A stretch of 64,000 bases of DNA from Leptolyngbyaceae cyanobacterium (lineage in GTDB: Bacteria; Cyanobacteriota; Cyanobacteriia; Phormidesmidales; Phormidesmidaceae): NCBI GenBank assembly GCA_965263355.1, contig CBDHHL010000032.1:1024001-1088000 (forward strand), read 5' to 3'. The notes below the pieces were generated by a model, which was not told the origin of the DNA, ran no database searches, and saw nothing but the letters and a program-made list of their open reading frames with translations. A program made the position numbers and the translations under genes. Below are positions 10,519-20,366 of this stretch, one piece after another; positions within the stretch are counted from its first letter, which is position 1; every line of letters starts with the position of its first letter.

Positions 10519-12318
10519 TTAAAGACCGTAAAGCCAGATTGCTAACGGAGGGGTCACCAAAGCCAATACTAGACTTAGTGGACCTCCAACCCTGACAAAA
10601 TCTAAAAAGCGATAGCCTCCTGCCGTATAAACCATAGTGTTTGTCTGATAGCCAATAGGGGTCATAAAACTGTTAGACGCCGCAAAGGTAATGACAAACA
10701 TCACCGTAAATGCATTTAAGCCTAACTCAGATGCCACCCTTAACCCCACTGGCAACAGCAAAATCACCGCAGCACTATTGGACAAGATGCTAGATAGCAC
10801 CGTTGTTAGCACATACAGAACGCTGAGCAACCCATACCCTGATAGACTCCCACCAATGGAAATAAGTTGCTGAGCCAGCAAAGCCGTCGCCCCTGAGCTT
10901 TCCATGGCAGTGCCCAGCGGAATTAAACAGGCCAGCAGGAAAATGACATCCCAGCGAACGGCTTGATACAGTTCTCCTGGCTTGAGACAGCCGGTCAGAA
11001 TCATTAGCATTACTCCGGCCAGGGCTGAGACCAAAATATTGATGGGAGTAAATGCTGCGATCGCAACCACCCCCACCCCAATACCCATAGCTAAATTAGC
11101 CCGATCCGACCGCAGGCTTTCCAGGTCTCGCTGTTCTAGAACGAGTAAGTCACGGCTCGTTTGCAAACCCAGCAAACTTTGCTTTGGCCCCTGCACTAAA
11201 AGCAAATCACCAAACTTAAGCCGAACTTTTCCCATGCGTTCACGCACCAGGTCTTGACCACGGCGAATCGCCAAAACCGTCACGTTATAGCGCTGTCGAA
11301 AGCGCAAATCCTTCAAGGTGGACCCCACCAAGTTAGAATTAGCAATCACCAACGCCTCGGCCACACCCTCCTGACCTGAACTCAAATCTGCCTGCCAGGA
11401 CTTTTGGCCAAACTGGACATCGGGCAAAATCTCAATGCCTTCGCCATCCCGGATTTTTAGCAAATCATCCCGTCTGCCCCGCACCAGTAAAATATCCCCC
11501 GCGCACAGGGATTTATCCCCCAGGGGTTGAGGGAAATGATTACCATTACGGATAATTTCCAGCACATCCAGGTCAAAGCGCCGCTGCAGCTGACTAGACT
11601 GCAAGGTTTGTCCCACCAGACTAGACCGTGGCGTTATCACCACCTCACTCACATATTCTTTGAGACCATATTCCTGACTGAGACTACTGTCAGACACATC
11701 TCGACTGGGTAATAACAGTGGGGCAATAAACGTGAGATAGAGCAATCCCACCACAAAGATGACAGCTCCCAGTTCAATAAACTGAAACAGGGAAAACGCC
11801 CCATAGCCCAGCTGATCGGATAGTCCACTGGCCAAGACGCTGGTGGAGGTACCGACCACCGTTAACATGCCACCCAAAATGGTGGCAAAGGACAGCGGCA
11901 TCAGAAGTTTCGATGGCGACAAACGGTGCTGCTGACAAAAGTCCTCAATGATGGGCAAAAACACCGACACCACTGCCGTGTTATTGATTAACCCTGAAAT
12001 TGGCCCCACAATCAGGCCTAGGGCAAAAATTTGACGGCGGCAGGTTTTCCCTCCCCACTGTAGCAACCAGTTACTAGCCTGCTGCAGTGCGCCTGTACGA
12101 GCAATGCCAGCACTCAGGATAAACATCGCCATCACCGTAATAGTGGCTGAGTTGCTAAACCCAGCAATCCCTTCCTGGGGCTCGACTAGCCCTAAAAGCA
12201 TTAGGGCAACCATCACCCCCAGGGCAGTAATATCCGCAGGTAGCCATTCGACAACAAATAGAATCAGGGCAACCAAGGTCACCCCTAGGGTCATAAGAAT
12301 TTGAATATCAATAGTCAT
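10519..12318 (-). CDS. SLC13-family permease with two TrkA-C domains (probable sulfate or dicarboxylate transporter)
   Basis: Many TM helices, NNTAVV, TPIGYQTN motifs, central RCK-C repeats; upstream of cysC on same strand. Confidence 0.85.
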   Translation of the reverse strand: MTIDIQILMTLGVTLVALILFVVEWLPADITALGVMVALMLLGLVEPQEGIAGFSNSATITVMAMFILSAGIARTGALQQASNWLLQWGGKTCRRQIFALGLIVGPISGLINNTAVVSVFLPIIEDFCQQHRLSPSKLLMPLSFATILGGMLTVVGTSTSVLASGLSDQLGYGAFSLFQFIELGAVIFVVGLLYLTFIAPLLLPSRDVSDSSLSQEYGLKEYVSEVVITPRSSLVGQTLQSSQLQRRFDLDVLEIIRNGNHFPQPLGDKSLCAGDILLVRGRRDDLLKIRDGEGIEILPDVQFGQKSWQADLSSGQEGVAEALVIANSNLVGSTLKDLRFRQRYNVTVLAIRRGQDLVRERMGKVRLKFGDLLLVQGPKQSLLGLQTSRDLLVLEQRDLESLRSDRANLAMGIGVGVVAIAAFTPINILVSALAGVMLMILTGCLKPGELYQAVRWDVIFLLACLIPLGTAMESSGATALLAQQLISIGGSLSGYGLLSVLYVLTTVLSSILSNSAAVILLLPVGLRVASELGLNAFTVMFVITFAASNSFMTPIGYQTNTMVYTAGGYRFLDFVRVGGPLSLVLALVTPPLAIWLYGL

Positions 12319-12730
12319 ACATCACTAGCCAGACCCATAAAAAGTAAGTCGTAGCGTGAGAAATTACGTAATTATAAAAAGTTGAGAATATATAGCAAAA
12401 ACCCTATGGATCCGGAAATCTACTAGACTTCCCTACCTCAGAGCTTGAGGAAATATATGTCCTACCTGGCCAAGCCATAGAAAGCCATAGTGCCAAATAA
12501 TCCACCCTAAGGGTAGGCTCTTTGGTTAACCTACAGCAAGGAAAGCAAACTATTACAGTCCACCTCCGGGCATCACGTTAACTTAACAAATTAGGGCATC
12601 GGTAGACGCAATAACACCCATAGGCTGAGGCTAGATTATAGCTTTGCACCCATAGGTCACCACATTAGAGCTTCACAGACTAGTTGCTCCAATGATGAAC
12701 GGCGTTCGACATTACTTACAGAGGGTTTAG

Positions 12731-13894
12731 TCAGTTATCCGTCTGAAACCCAGCTAATTCTGGTAAAGCGCCACTGCGCCGCTGCTGCCGTTCAGTGATA
12801 AGCTTTGGCCGTAAATAAAGGTTTTCCAGTAACACCGCCCCGCCAGCAATCCATGGGGGGACAATCAACGCCCCGATAATGCCTAACACTTGGGTTCCCC
12901 CCAAGACAGCCAATAGCTGATAAAGCGGATGCACACCCACTGAAGAGCCGACTAGCAGCGGATCTAGAATATAAGTTTCAAGGTTTTGGGCGATCACATA
13001 TAGCAAAAGCACCCACCAAAAGGTCCAACCGCCTTGGGGAATTGCGACTAATAAGGCCGGAATCGCCCCTAAAATTGGCCCTAGAAACGGGATTAGATTG
13101 GTCACACCTGCGATCGCACCCAGCCCCACCGCCAAGTCCTTCAGGCCAATAAAACTCAACCCAACAGTAGTGGCCACAGACAATAGGGCAGATACCACAA
13201 ACCGCCCCCGCAAATAGCCACCAATCCGCTGAGCCATGGGGGGCATCTGAGCCAAAATTCGTTCATCCCATGGACTTGGCAGTAACCGGGTCAAATTTTT
13301 TACCAGGGTCCGACTGTCAGCCACCATGTAGCCTGACACAAATAACGCCAGGACTAAACTCAGTACACTCCCTAAGATGCCAGCGGTCACACCATAGGAA
13401 CGCACTAGCAGCTGTTGACTTGAGCGGATGGTCCAGCTGATTAGACTCTGAACATCGATCAGTTGGGTAAAGAGTTCATTTGTCGTAAATGAGCGGGTAT
13501 CAGTAAACGCCGTCAACCAGGCATCTGCCTCATTCAGCAACCCACGAATAGCAACTGGCACACGACGGATTATCCGTTCTAGTTGTTCAAATACCGTCGG
13601 GCCAATCAAGACTCCCAACAATACCAGACCACCGATTAGCATCAGATAAACCAAAATCACGCTCAGCCAACGGGGTACCCGATACTGCTCAGCCCAATCC
13701 ACCACTGGCGCGATGGTACAGGCTAACACCACTGAAATCATTACCAGCAGCAACAAGCTTTTGAGCTGCCAAAGTATCACGAGAATAGGAATAGCGGCAA
13801 TCAACAGAACAATACTGCTGACCGATATCGTTAACCGCTGCGACGGGTTATTTGTCAAAGTTTCGGCCCAGGTTTCTTTGGCCATAAATGGCAA
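12731..13894 (-). CDS. AI-2E (PerM) family transporter
   Basis: NLIPFLGP, QNLETYILDP, VGVHP motifs. Confidence 0.9.
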   Translation of the reverse strand: MPFMAKETWAETLTNNPSQRLTISVSSIVLLIAAIPILVILWQLKSLLLLVMISVVLACTIAPVVDWAEQYRVPRWLSVILVYLMLIGGLVLLGVLIGPTVFEQLERIIRRVPVAIRGLLNEADAWLTAFTDTRSFTTNELFTQLIDVQSLISWTIRSSQQLLVRSYGVTAGILGSVLSLVLALFVSGYMVADSRTLVKNLTRLLPSPWDERILAQMPPMAQRIGGYLRGRFVVSALLSVATTVGLSFIGLKDLAVGLGAIAGVTNLIPFLGPILGAIPALLVAIPQGGWTFWWVLLLYVIAQNLETYILDPLLVGSSVGVHPLYQLLAVLGGTQVLGIIGALIVPPWIAGGAVLLENLYLRPKLITERQQRRSGALPELAGFQTDN

Positions 13895-13924
13895 TCGGGT
13901 TCAGTTTTATCAGTCTACTGGCCT

Positions 13925-15286
13925 TTATAGCGTATAAGTAAAGCCATCCACCAAAATACCAGGCACATAACTATCCCCAAGGCTACGTTGCTCATAGGTA
14001 TCAGTATTAGGAACCGTTGTTTGAAAATCAGTCAAATCCACTAGCCCCTCGCCAAAGCAATGGTAAAGACTTTCGTCAAACCGAAGATTTTCAATCGGCG
14101 CAATAATTTCCCCCCGCTCTACCCAAAAGCAGGCGTAGCGGGTCATACCAGTAACGCGACCATTAGGATGATCGCTCCAGTTCAGATAGTGCAAATTGGA
14201 CAGATATAACCCCGTATCTAAGCTAGCTAGGATTTGATCCGCCGCTAAGGTGCCTGACAAAATCTCAGGAGCCCGCAGATGCTCGCCCTGATTGGCATAG
14301 TTAGATGGAACCTGATATTCCTTAGCACTGCGAGAACTCACCAGACTATTGACCAACGTCCCATGCTCAATAATGGGCAACTGCAGCGGCGCAACTTCAC
14401 CATAGGTATTAAACCGGGGCATATTAGCCTGCTGAAAATTTTCTCGCAGGGTAAATTTGGTCGACAGTTGACGCTGCCCCTGACGCAATAGGCCAAAGGC
14501 ACTGTTACCCTGCTGCAGATCCGCTTCACCCACACCGCCCCAAGAAAACATATGGAGTAATTCGGCCACCGCCGCTGGCGCTAAATAGGTGCGGTATTGC
14601 CCTCGCGCAACCGTCTTAGCAGGACGGCTGATAATGGCCAACTGCTGTTTGGCCTGATCGATTTTTTCTAAAAATTTGGCCTGCTGCCATTGGGTCCCCG
14701 CAAACGTCCCCTTAACCGCTCGATTGTGGGCATTAAATAAGGAAAAATCCAAACTATAGCTCGTGCTTTCAAACCAGTGACGCTGTCCGGCTGAGTCCGC
14801 ATAGCCCCGGAATATTAATCCCCCAGCATAGATACCGGTAAAGTCAAGGGTTTGAACGGTGGGCAGCAGGGTGGATGCGATCGCATCTGCCCCTAAAATC
14901 TCCCCCTGGTGAATTGTCCGACTGGTGGCCGATCCCGTCGGCAACACCACAAATGGATCCACTGGCAACTGGGGCACCAACGTCTGTAATTCTTCGAGGG
15001 CTGTTTTCAGCAGGGGCCAGTCAGTCTCAAAGTCCCCTACAAAAGGCACCGTTGCCGCCGCCATCCGCTCATCCTGCATCAGCGTCAGGGTCAAATTGCC
15101 ATCGCTCACCTGCCCTGTCTGCCGCACCAGAGCACGGTTAAAGCGAGTAAACTGACTGTCCTCTCCTGCCAGGGTCAGGGTGAAATGGGTAGACAAGGCA
15201 GACACTATGGTATCTGCCAATTGGCCAAACACGTTTTCCTTACTCTTAATCCTCTCTGCCAGCATGTCCACTACAGCACCGCTCAT
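13925..15286 (-). CDS. TldD/PmbA family protein (TldE-like)
   Basis: TRFN, G.Y..YLAP.AV, TGMTR, NLRF motifs; overlaps tldD. Confidence 0.85.
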   Translation of the reverse strand: MSGAVVDMLAERIKSKENVFGQLADTIVSALSTHFTLTLAGEDSQFTRFNRALVRQTGQVSDGNLTLTLMQDERMAAATVPFVGDFETDWPLLKTALEELQTLVPQLPVDPFVVLPTGSATSRTIHQGEILGADAIASTLLPTVQTLDFTGIYAGGLIFRGYADSAGQRHWFESTSYSLDFSLFNAHNRAVKGTFAGTQWQQAKFLEKIDQAKQQLAIISRPAKTVARGQYRTYLAPAAVAELLHMFSWGGVGEADLQQGNSAFGLLRQGQRQLSTKFTLRENFQQANMPRFNTYGEVAPLQLPIIEHGTLVNSLVSSRSAKEYQVPSNYANQGEHLRAPEILSGTLAADQILASLDTGLYLSNLHYLNWSDHPNGRVTGMTRYACFWVERGEIIAPIENLRFDESLYHCFGEGLVDLTDFQTTVPNTDTYEQRSLGDSYVPGILVDGFTYTL

Positions 15287-16722
15287 ACCGCACCCCCAAA
15301 GACTTCAATATTATTGAACGCACAAACTGGCGAACCATGGCCAACCCGAATCAGCTGATTGGGTTCCCCCTTGCCACAGAAGGGCGTACCATACATCTCC
15401 CAAGTATTACGATCCCCCACCTGGGATAAACTTTGCCAAAACTGAGGCGTAATCGAACGATAGTTGGGATTCTTTAAAGTGCGCGTCAGCTTGCCATGTT
15501 CAATTAGCTTGCCGTACTCACAGCCAAACTGAAACTTGTGGCGCTGATCATCAATCGACCAGGAGCGATTAGTTTCCATATAGACCCCGTGCTCAATGTT
15601 GGCAACAATTTGCTCAAAGGTGCGATCGCCAGGTTCCAAATTTATGTTAGCCATGCGATCAATGGCCGGTCGATTCCACGACGACGCCCGCGAATTAGCC
15701 ACCCCTGGCACCTGGGATCGCTGCTGACTTTCTAACCCCCCCAGCCCTCGTTCCAATTTGCCCCCACGGATCAAATATTCGCGGGTGGCCGGGTTGCCCA
15801 CATCATCAAACCCATAGCTGGCCAACTCCCCCGGCACAGTTGGGTCAAAGGTAACATTCATTAGCTTAGAGCCATAGTCCAGGGAGCCAAAATCCTCCAG
15901 CTGAATAAAGCTACCCCCCGCATAGTTACGCTCATCCCCCAGAATGCGGTCCAGCTCCAGCGGATGCCCAATACTTTCATGGATTTGCAGCATCATTTGG
16001 TCCGGGGCCAGCACCAGTGTGGTCGTCAGATCAGGACAATTCTCGGCATAGAGTAACTCCACAGCCTGCTCACCCACCTGCTGCACCTGTTGCCACAGAT
16101 CCAAGCCAGGGAATAGCTCCCATCCCCCTTGATAGCTCTGAGCTAAATACCCATGATTGGTACGCAACTGTGTGGTAGCCCCCTCCTGAGCAATCGTGCC
16201 AAAGTGGGTCTCGATTAAATAGTCCCGTTGATAGATCTCCGAGCCATTACTACTGACAAACCAGGTCTCAATATCATGGCTTCTAGCGGAAGCCGTGGCC
16301 TGAGCAATTTTTTCAGACACCTTAAGCCGCTCGCATACTTGCAGCAGAATTTGATTTAACTCAGCCGGGGACAGCGCATCTAACGCTTTGCGATGGGGAG
16401 AAATATAGCGTCCTTTAGCCTGGGGTCTGGCAGCCGTAGTAAACCGATGCACCGACCAGGCACTAGCAGCGACCGCCTGGTCGTAGGCAGTCACAATAGC
16501 CTGAGCTAGGGCAGGGGCACTGAGATTATTCGTAGCACTATAGCCAAATTGACCTTGAGCCAGGACTTCCACCATGGCTCCACGACCAATTGTTTGGGTA
16601 TTGCGCTCTGGATGAGCATCTCGAATAGCACAGGCCTTAGTTGTGTCTTTAATCGCTCGAATACCTATCCAATCAGCAGATACAGTCGCAGCAGCAACGA
16701 CGTCAGAAAGAATTTTAAACAT
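15283..16722 (-). CDS. tldD: TldD metalloprotease
   Basis: HESIGHPLELDR zinc motif, DRMAN, CGKGEP. Confidence 0.9.
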   Translation of the reverse strand: MFKILSDVVAAATVSADWIGIRAIKDTTKACAIRDAHPERNTQTIGRGAMVEVLAQGQFGYSATNNLSAPALAQAIVTAYDQAVAASAWSVHRFTTAARPQAKGRYISPHRKALDALSPAELNQILLQVCERLKVSEKIAQATASARSHDIETWFVSSNGSEIYQRDYLIETHFGTIAQEGATTQLRTNHGYLAQSYQGGWELFPGLDLWQQVQQVGEQAVELLYAENCPDLTTTLVLAPDQMMLQIHESIGHPLELDRILGDERNYAGGSFIQLEDFGSLDYGSKLMNVTFDPTVPGELASYGFDDVGNPATREYLIRGGKLERGLGGLESQQRSQVPGVANSRASSWNRPAIDRMANINLEPGDRTFEQIVANIEHGVYMETNRSWSIDDQRHKFQFGCEYGKLIEHGKLTRTLKNPNYRSITPQFWQSLSQVGDRNTWEMYGTPFCGKGEPNQLIRVGHGSPVCAFNNIEVFGGAV

Positions 16723-16956
16723 AAATTTTGAGGTAGTGCAGACCAGGCGTGAAGCAATCCTGCGTACTACACCCTGTCTTGATAGTAGTAATTCTTACCG
16801 ATTAAGCCCCTCAATGGGGGGGAAGACCCTACATTAGCGACGAACATAATTTATATAAAAAACAAAAAACAGGTCCATGCACTTACATATAAGGTTAAAT
16901 CCGATCTAAACTTAAGAAAGCAAAGTATTAGCCGCCAAAAACTTAAAAATATTTTT

Positions 16957-17403
16957 ATGGATGAGTTGGATAGCAAAATTTTAGGGGCGCTGATGACCGA
17001 TGGTCGAGTGACGTGGTCGGACCTGGCCAGTCAATGTGATGTGTCATCTCCAGCCATTAGCGATCGCGTCCGTCGGTTAGAAAAACGCGGCATCATTCAG
17101 GGCTATCGAGTGGTGGTTGATCCCGTACAGCTGGGCTACGACATCACGGCGTTTGTGACGGTGGTGTTGGAGCACCCAAAATACCGCCAGGATTTTTTGG
17201 ACTATGTGCAAATGACGCCCGCCATCCAGGAATGTCACCACGTGGCCGGGGATGGAGATTATTTGCTGAAGCTACGGTGCGGCAAGATGGCGGATTTGGA
17301 GCGGATTCTGAGTGAGGAGATCAAAGGACTGCCGGGGATCTTACAGACAAAAACGTCGATAGCGCTATCGACGGTGAAGGAAACGACGGTGTTAAAAGTT
17401 TAA
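16957..17403 (+). CDS. Lrp/AsnC transcriptional regulator
   Basis: N-terminal HTH, RVRRLEKRGII.GY, ECHHVAGDGDYLLK. Confidence 0.95.
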   Translation: MDELDSKILGALMTDGRVTWSDLASQCDVSSPAISDRVRRLEKRGIIQGYRVVVDPVQLGYDITAFVTVVLEHPKYRQDFLDYVQMTPAIQECHHVAGDGDYLLKLRCGKMADLERILSEEIKGLPGILQTKTSIALSTVKETTVLKV

Positions 17404-17419
17404 AGACGGGTGTATTGCC

Positions 17420-18025
17420 ATGATTTTTTTGTTTTTTCGAGGGTTGGTTTTAGGGGTGGCCATTGCCGCACCGGTTGGTCCCATTGGGTTGTTATGTATT
17501 CGCAGAAGTCTTTCCTATGGATCAATGGCAGGCTTGCTATCGGGCTTGGGGGCAGCGACGGCGGATGGGGTGTATGGTGCGATCGCGGCCTTTGGCCTGG
17601 CGGTGGTTTCTAATTTCCTAACGGATCAGGCCAGGTGGTTGGGCATTATCGGCGGTCTATTTCTCTGTTATTTAGGTATCACTACATTTTTGAGTAAGCC
17701 TGCGGAGAAAGCAGCTGAGATTAATCGCACGGGTCTAGCTGGGGCCTATCTATCTACATTTGGTTTAACCCTGACAAACCCGGCGACGATTTTGTCGTTT
17801 GTGCTCTTGTTTGCTGGCTTTGCGCCTGCGGACCTGGGCTATGGTCAGGCGGTGGTAATGGTAAGTGGCGTGTTTTTGGGCTCGGCGCTGTGGTGGTTGA
17901 TGCTAAGTAGTGGGGTGTCACGGTTACGCCATTGGCTAACGCCTGGGCGATTGGTTTGGGTAAATCGTGCGTTTGGGGTATTGATTATGGGGTTTGGAAT
18001 CGTGGCGTTGACCTGGCGAGGATAA
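17420..18025 (+). CDS. LysE family amino-acid exporter
   Basis: APVGPIG, GLGAATAD, TLTNP motifs. Confidence 0.93.
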   Translation: MIFLFFRGLVLGVAIAAPVGPIGLLCIRRSLSYGSMAGLLSGLGAATADGVYGAIAAFGLAVVSNFLTDQARWLGIIGGLFLCYLGITTFLSKPAEKAAEINRTGLAGAYLSTFGLTLTNPATILSFVLLFAGFAPADLGYGQAVVMVSGVFLGSALWWLMLSSGVSRLRHWLTPGRLVWVNRAFGVLIMGFGIVALTWRG

Positions 18026-18437
18026 ATTTAGACGGTTTTCACACTTGAAACACTACTCACTACTCACGTTCATTTGTTAATTCAAGGGAAAACATTATGC
18101 AGCAAACGATAGGGTGAGTTCCTTCCTACAGATGACGTTTATGATTATCCTGACATTGGAACGCACCACCTTTGGGAAAACTGAAAAATCCCGTAAGCAG
18201 TACGTTGCAACACACCCTACCAGATGAAACAAATCACAGACTGCGGGATCTAGAGGTGAATCCGGAGTTGTTTTAAGCGGGTTGAACGAAGTCGAAGCCC
18301 AAAAGTACCTTTGGGGGTAATGGACAACCATTGAAAAAATACATAACGATCTTTAATTAAGCTACTGGAAATATTTTTTCTCCAGAGACTAGAGTAAATA
18401 CAGGCATCTGCCCCACGCCCCCAATTTGCCAAACACT

Positions 18438-20135
18438 ATGGCAGCAAAGACGATCCTGATCCTGACGGCGAATCCTTCGGATACTAGCCGTTTGCGTTTA
18501 GACGAAGAAGTTCGCGAAATCCAAGAAGGCTTAAATCTGTCGGCTGAGCGGGACAGCTTTAATGTGGTGTCCCAGTGGGCCACCCGCCCTGACGATTTAC
18601 GGCGGGCCCTGCTGAAGTACAAGCCGCAGATCGTGCATTTCTCCGGGCACGGTGCTGGGGCAAAGGGCCTGGTATTAGAAAGCGATACGGGTAAAGCCAA
18701 ACCAGTTAGTGGTGCTGCCCTATCGCGACTATTTGGTCTTTTTCCTAGTGTGGAATGTGTGCTGTTTAACGCTTGCTATTCTCAGGCGCAGGCGAACGCG
18801 GTGGTCAAGCATGTGGACTATGTGGTGGGCATGACCGATGCCATCGGCGACAGGGCTGCCATTGAATTTTCCGTCGGCTTTTATGATGCGTTGGGCTATG
18901 GTAATCCGGTGCCCTATGCCTATGAAGTAGGGCTATCGGCCATTGCTTTAGAAGGGTTGGAGGAAACCAACACCCCCATTCTAAAAATACGGAAAGGTCT
19001 TGAAAAGTCCGTTGACTCGCCGGAACCAGAACCGCCCAACACCGAACCTTTAGCCTCTGAAATTAGAGAAGCAAAGACTAACGAGACTACAACAGGTAAC
19101 TCGCGTTCGGCCAAACAACCTGTCATTCTGGAAGAACCTGAAGGGTTGGTGCCCTTAGACTCGCCCTTTTATATCGAGCGGCACCCGATTGAAACCGACT
19201 GCTATGAAACCGTTGTGCGGCCTGGGTCGCTGATTCGCATCAAAGCGCCGCGTCAGCTGGGTAAAACATCGCTGCTGGTGAGAAGTTTGGACCATGCCAG
19301 GTCGCAGGGATTTGAAACGGTACGGCTGAGCTTTCAAACCTCTGACAATGACACACTGAATGACCTGGATGAATTTCTCCAGTGGTTTTGCTGCAGCGTT
19401 ACCGAGGAGCTAGACCTGGAAGATCGGCTGGCGGACTATTGGAAAGGGGCACGGGGTATCGTTCGTCGCTGTCAGCGATATTTTGAGAAGTATCTGCTAC
19501 AAGAGTTGGAACAGCCCCTGGTCCTGGGTCTGGACGAAGTGGACCAGGTATTTGAGCATCCTAAAATCGCCACGGACTTTTTTGGCATGTTGCGGGTGTG
19601 GCATGAAGAGGGCAAAACCAATCCCATCTGGCGCAAGCTGAATCTGGTGATTGTTCATTCGAAAGAGGTTTATGTGCCTCTGAGCATCAACCGTTCGCCA
19701 TTTAATGTGGGACTGCCTATTGAGCTACGGGAGTTAAATTCAGACGAAATCGAAACCCTGATTGATCGCCATCAGCTAAGTTTGTCTGGCCATCAAAAGC
19801 AGCAGCTAGTGGAGCTGGTGGGTGGCCATCCCTATCTAATGCGGGCAGCGCTTTATCAGCTGGCGCGGGGCCGCATTAGTCTGACTCAGTTAATGGAGGA
19901 AGCGCCCACAGAGGGAGGTTTGTACAGCGATCATTTGCGACGGCATTTACTGAATCTGGAGGCGGATCCGGATTTACTGGATGCGTTTAAGCAAGTGATT
20001 CCCAGCTATCAGCCGGTACAGATTGGCTCGACGGAAGCGTTTAAGCTGCACAGTATGGGGCTGGTGAAGTATGACGGCAATGCGGTGGTGCCGTTGTGTG
20101 GCTTGTATCGGCAATATTTTCAGTCGCGTTTGTGA
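18438..20135 (+). CDS. CHAT (caspase-like) domain + AAA_35 P-loop NTPase
   Basis: ILILTANP, VHFSGHG and LFNAC dyad motifs; APRQLGKTS Walker A, LDEVD Walker B, SPFNVG, GGHPYL. Confidence 0.88.
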   Translation: MAAKTILILTANPSDTSRLRLDEEVREIQEGLNLSAERDSFNVVSQWATRPDDLRRALLKYKPQIVHFSGHGAGAKGLVLESDTGKAKPVSGAALSRLFGLFPSVECVLFNACYSQAQANAVVKHVDYVVGMTDAIGDRAAIEFSVGFYDALGYGNPVPYAYEVGLSAIALEGLEETNTPILKIRKGLEKSVDSPEPEPPNTEPLASEIREAKTNETTTGNSRSAKQPVILEEPEGLVPLDSPFYIERHPIETDCYETVVRPGSLIRIKAPRQLGKTSLLVRSLDHARSQGFETVRLSFQTSDNDTLNDLDEFLQWFCCSVTEELDLEDRLADYWKGARGIVRRCQRYFEKYLLQELEQPLVLGLDEVDQVFEHPKIATDFFGMLRVWHEEGKTNPIWRKLNLVIVHSKEVYVPLSINRSPFNVGLPIELRELNSDEIETLIDRHQLSLSGHQKQQLVELVGGHPYLMRAALYQLARGRISLTQLMEEAPTEGGLYSDHLRRHLLNLEADPDLLDAFKQVIPSYQPVQIGSTEAFKLHSMGLVKYDGNAVVPLCGLYRQYFQSRL

Positions 20136-20189
20136 GGTGAGGTAATTGAATATAAATAAAATCCTCAGCAAGAAACAGTTGAGCAACCT

Positions 20190-20291
20190 CCTCCCCTTTA
20201 GAAGGGGAGGGGCCGAAGGCGGAGGGGGCTTCGATCACTTGCGCACGTTATCCAGACCCCTCCCTGACGGTTCCCCTTCTAAAGGGGAACC
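20190..20291. repeat. REP/SDR-like double hairpin element
   Basis: CCTCCCCTTTAGAAGGGGAGG and GGTTCCCCTTCTAAAGGGGAACC hairpins, inverted relative to each other. Confidence 0.65.
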
Positions 20292-20366
20292 AGGTATCGC
20301 AATGTCTCACAACATAAATAGTTCGTTGTAAGTTGATTTGTATCTGATGCCCCCTCGGAAAAAATC

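Noticed and set aside
13925..16722. RiPP cluster around tldD/tldE
   Set aside because: No precursor peptide, YcaO or other maturase nearby
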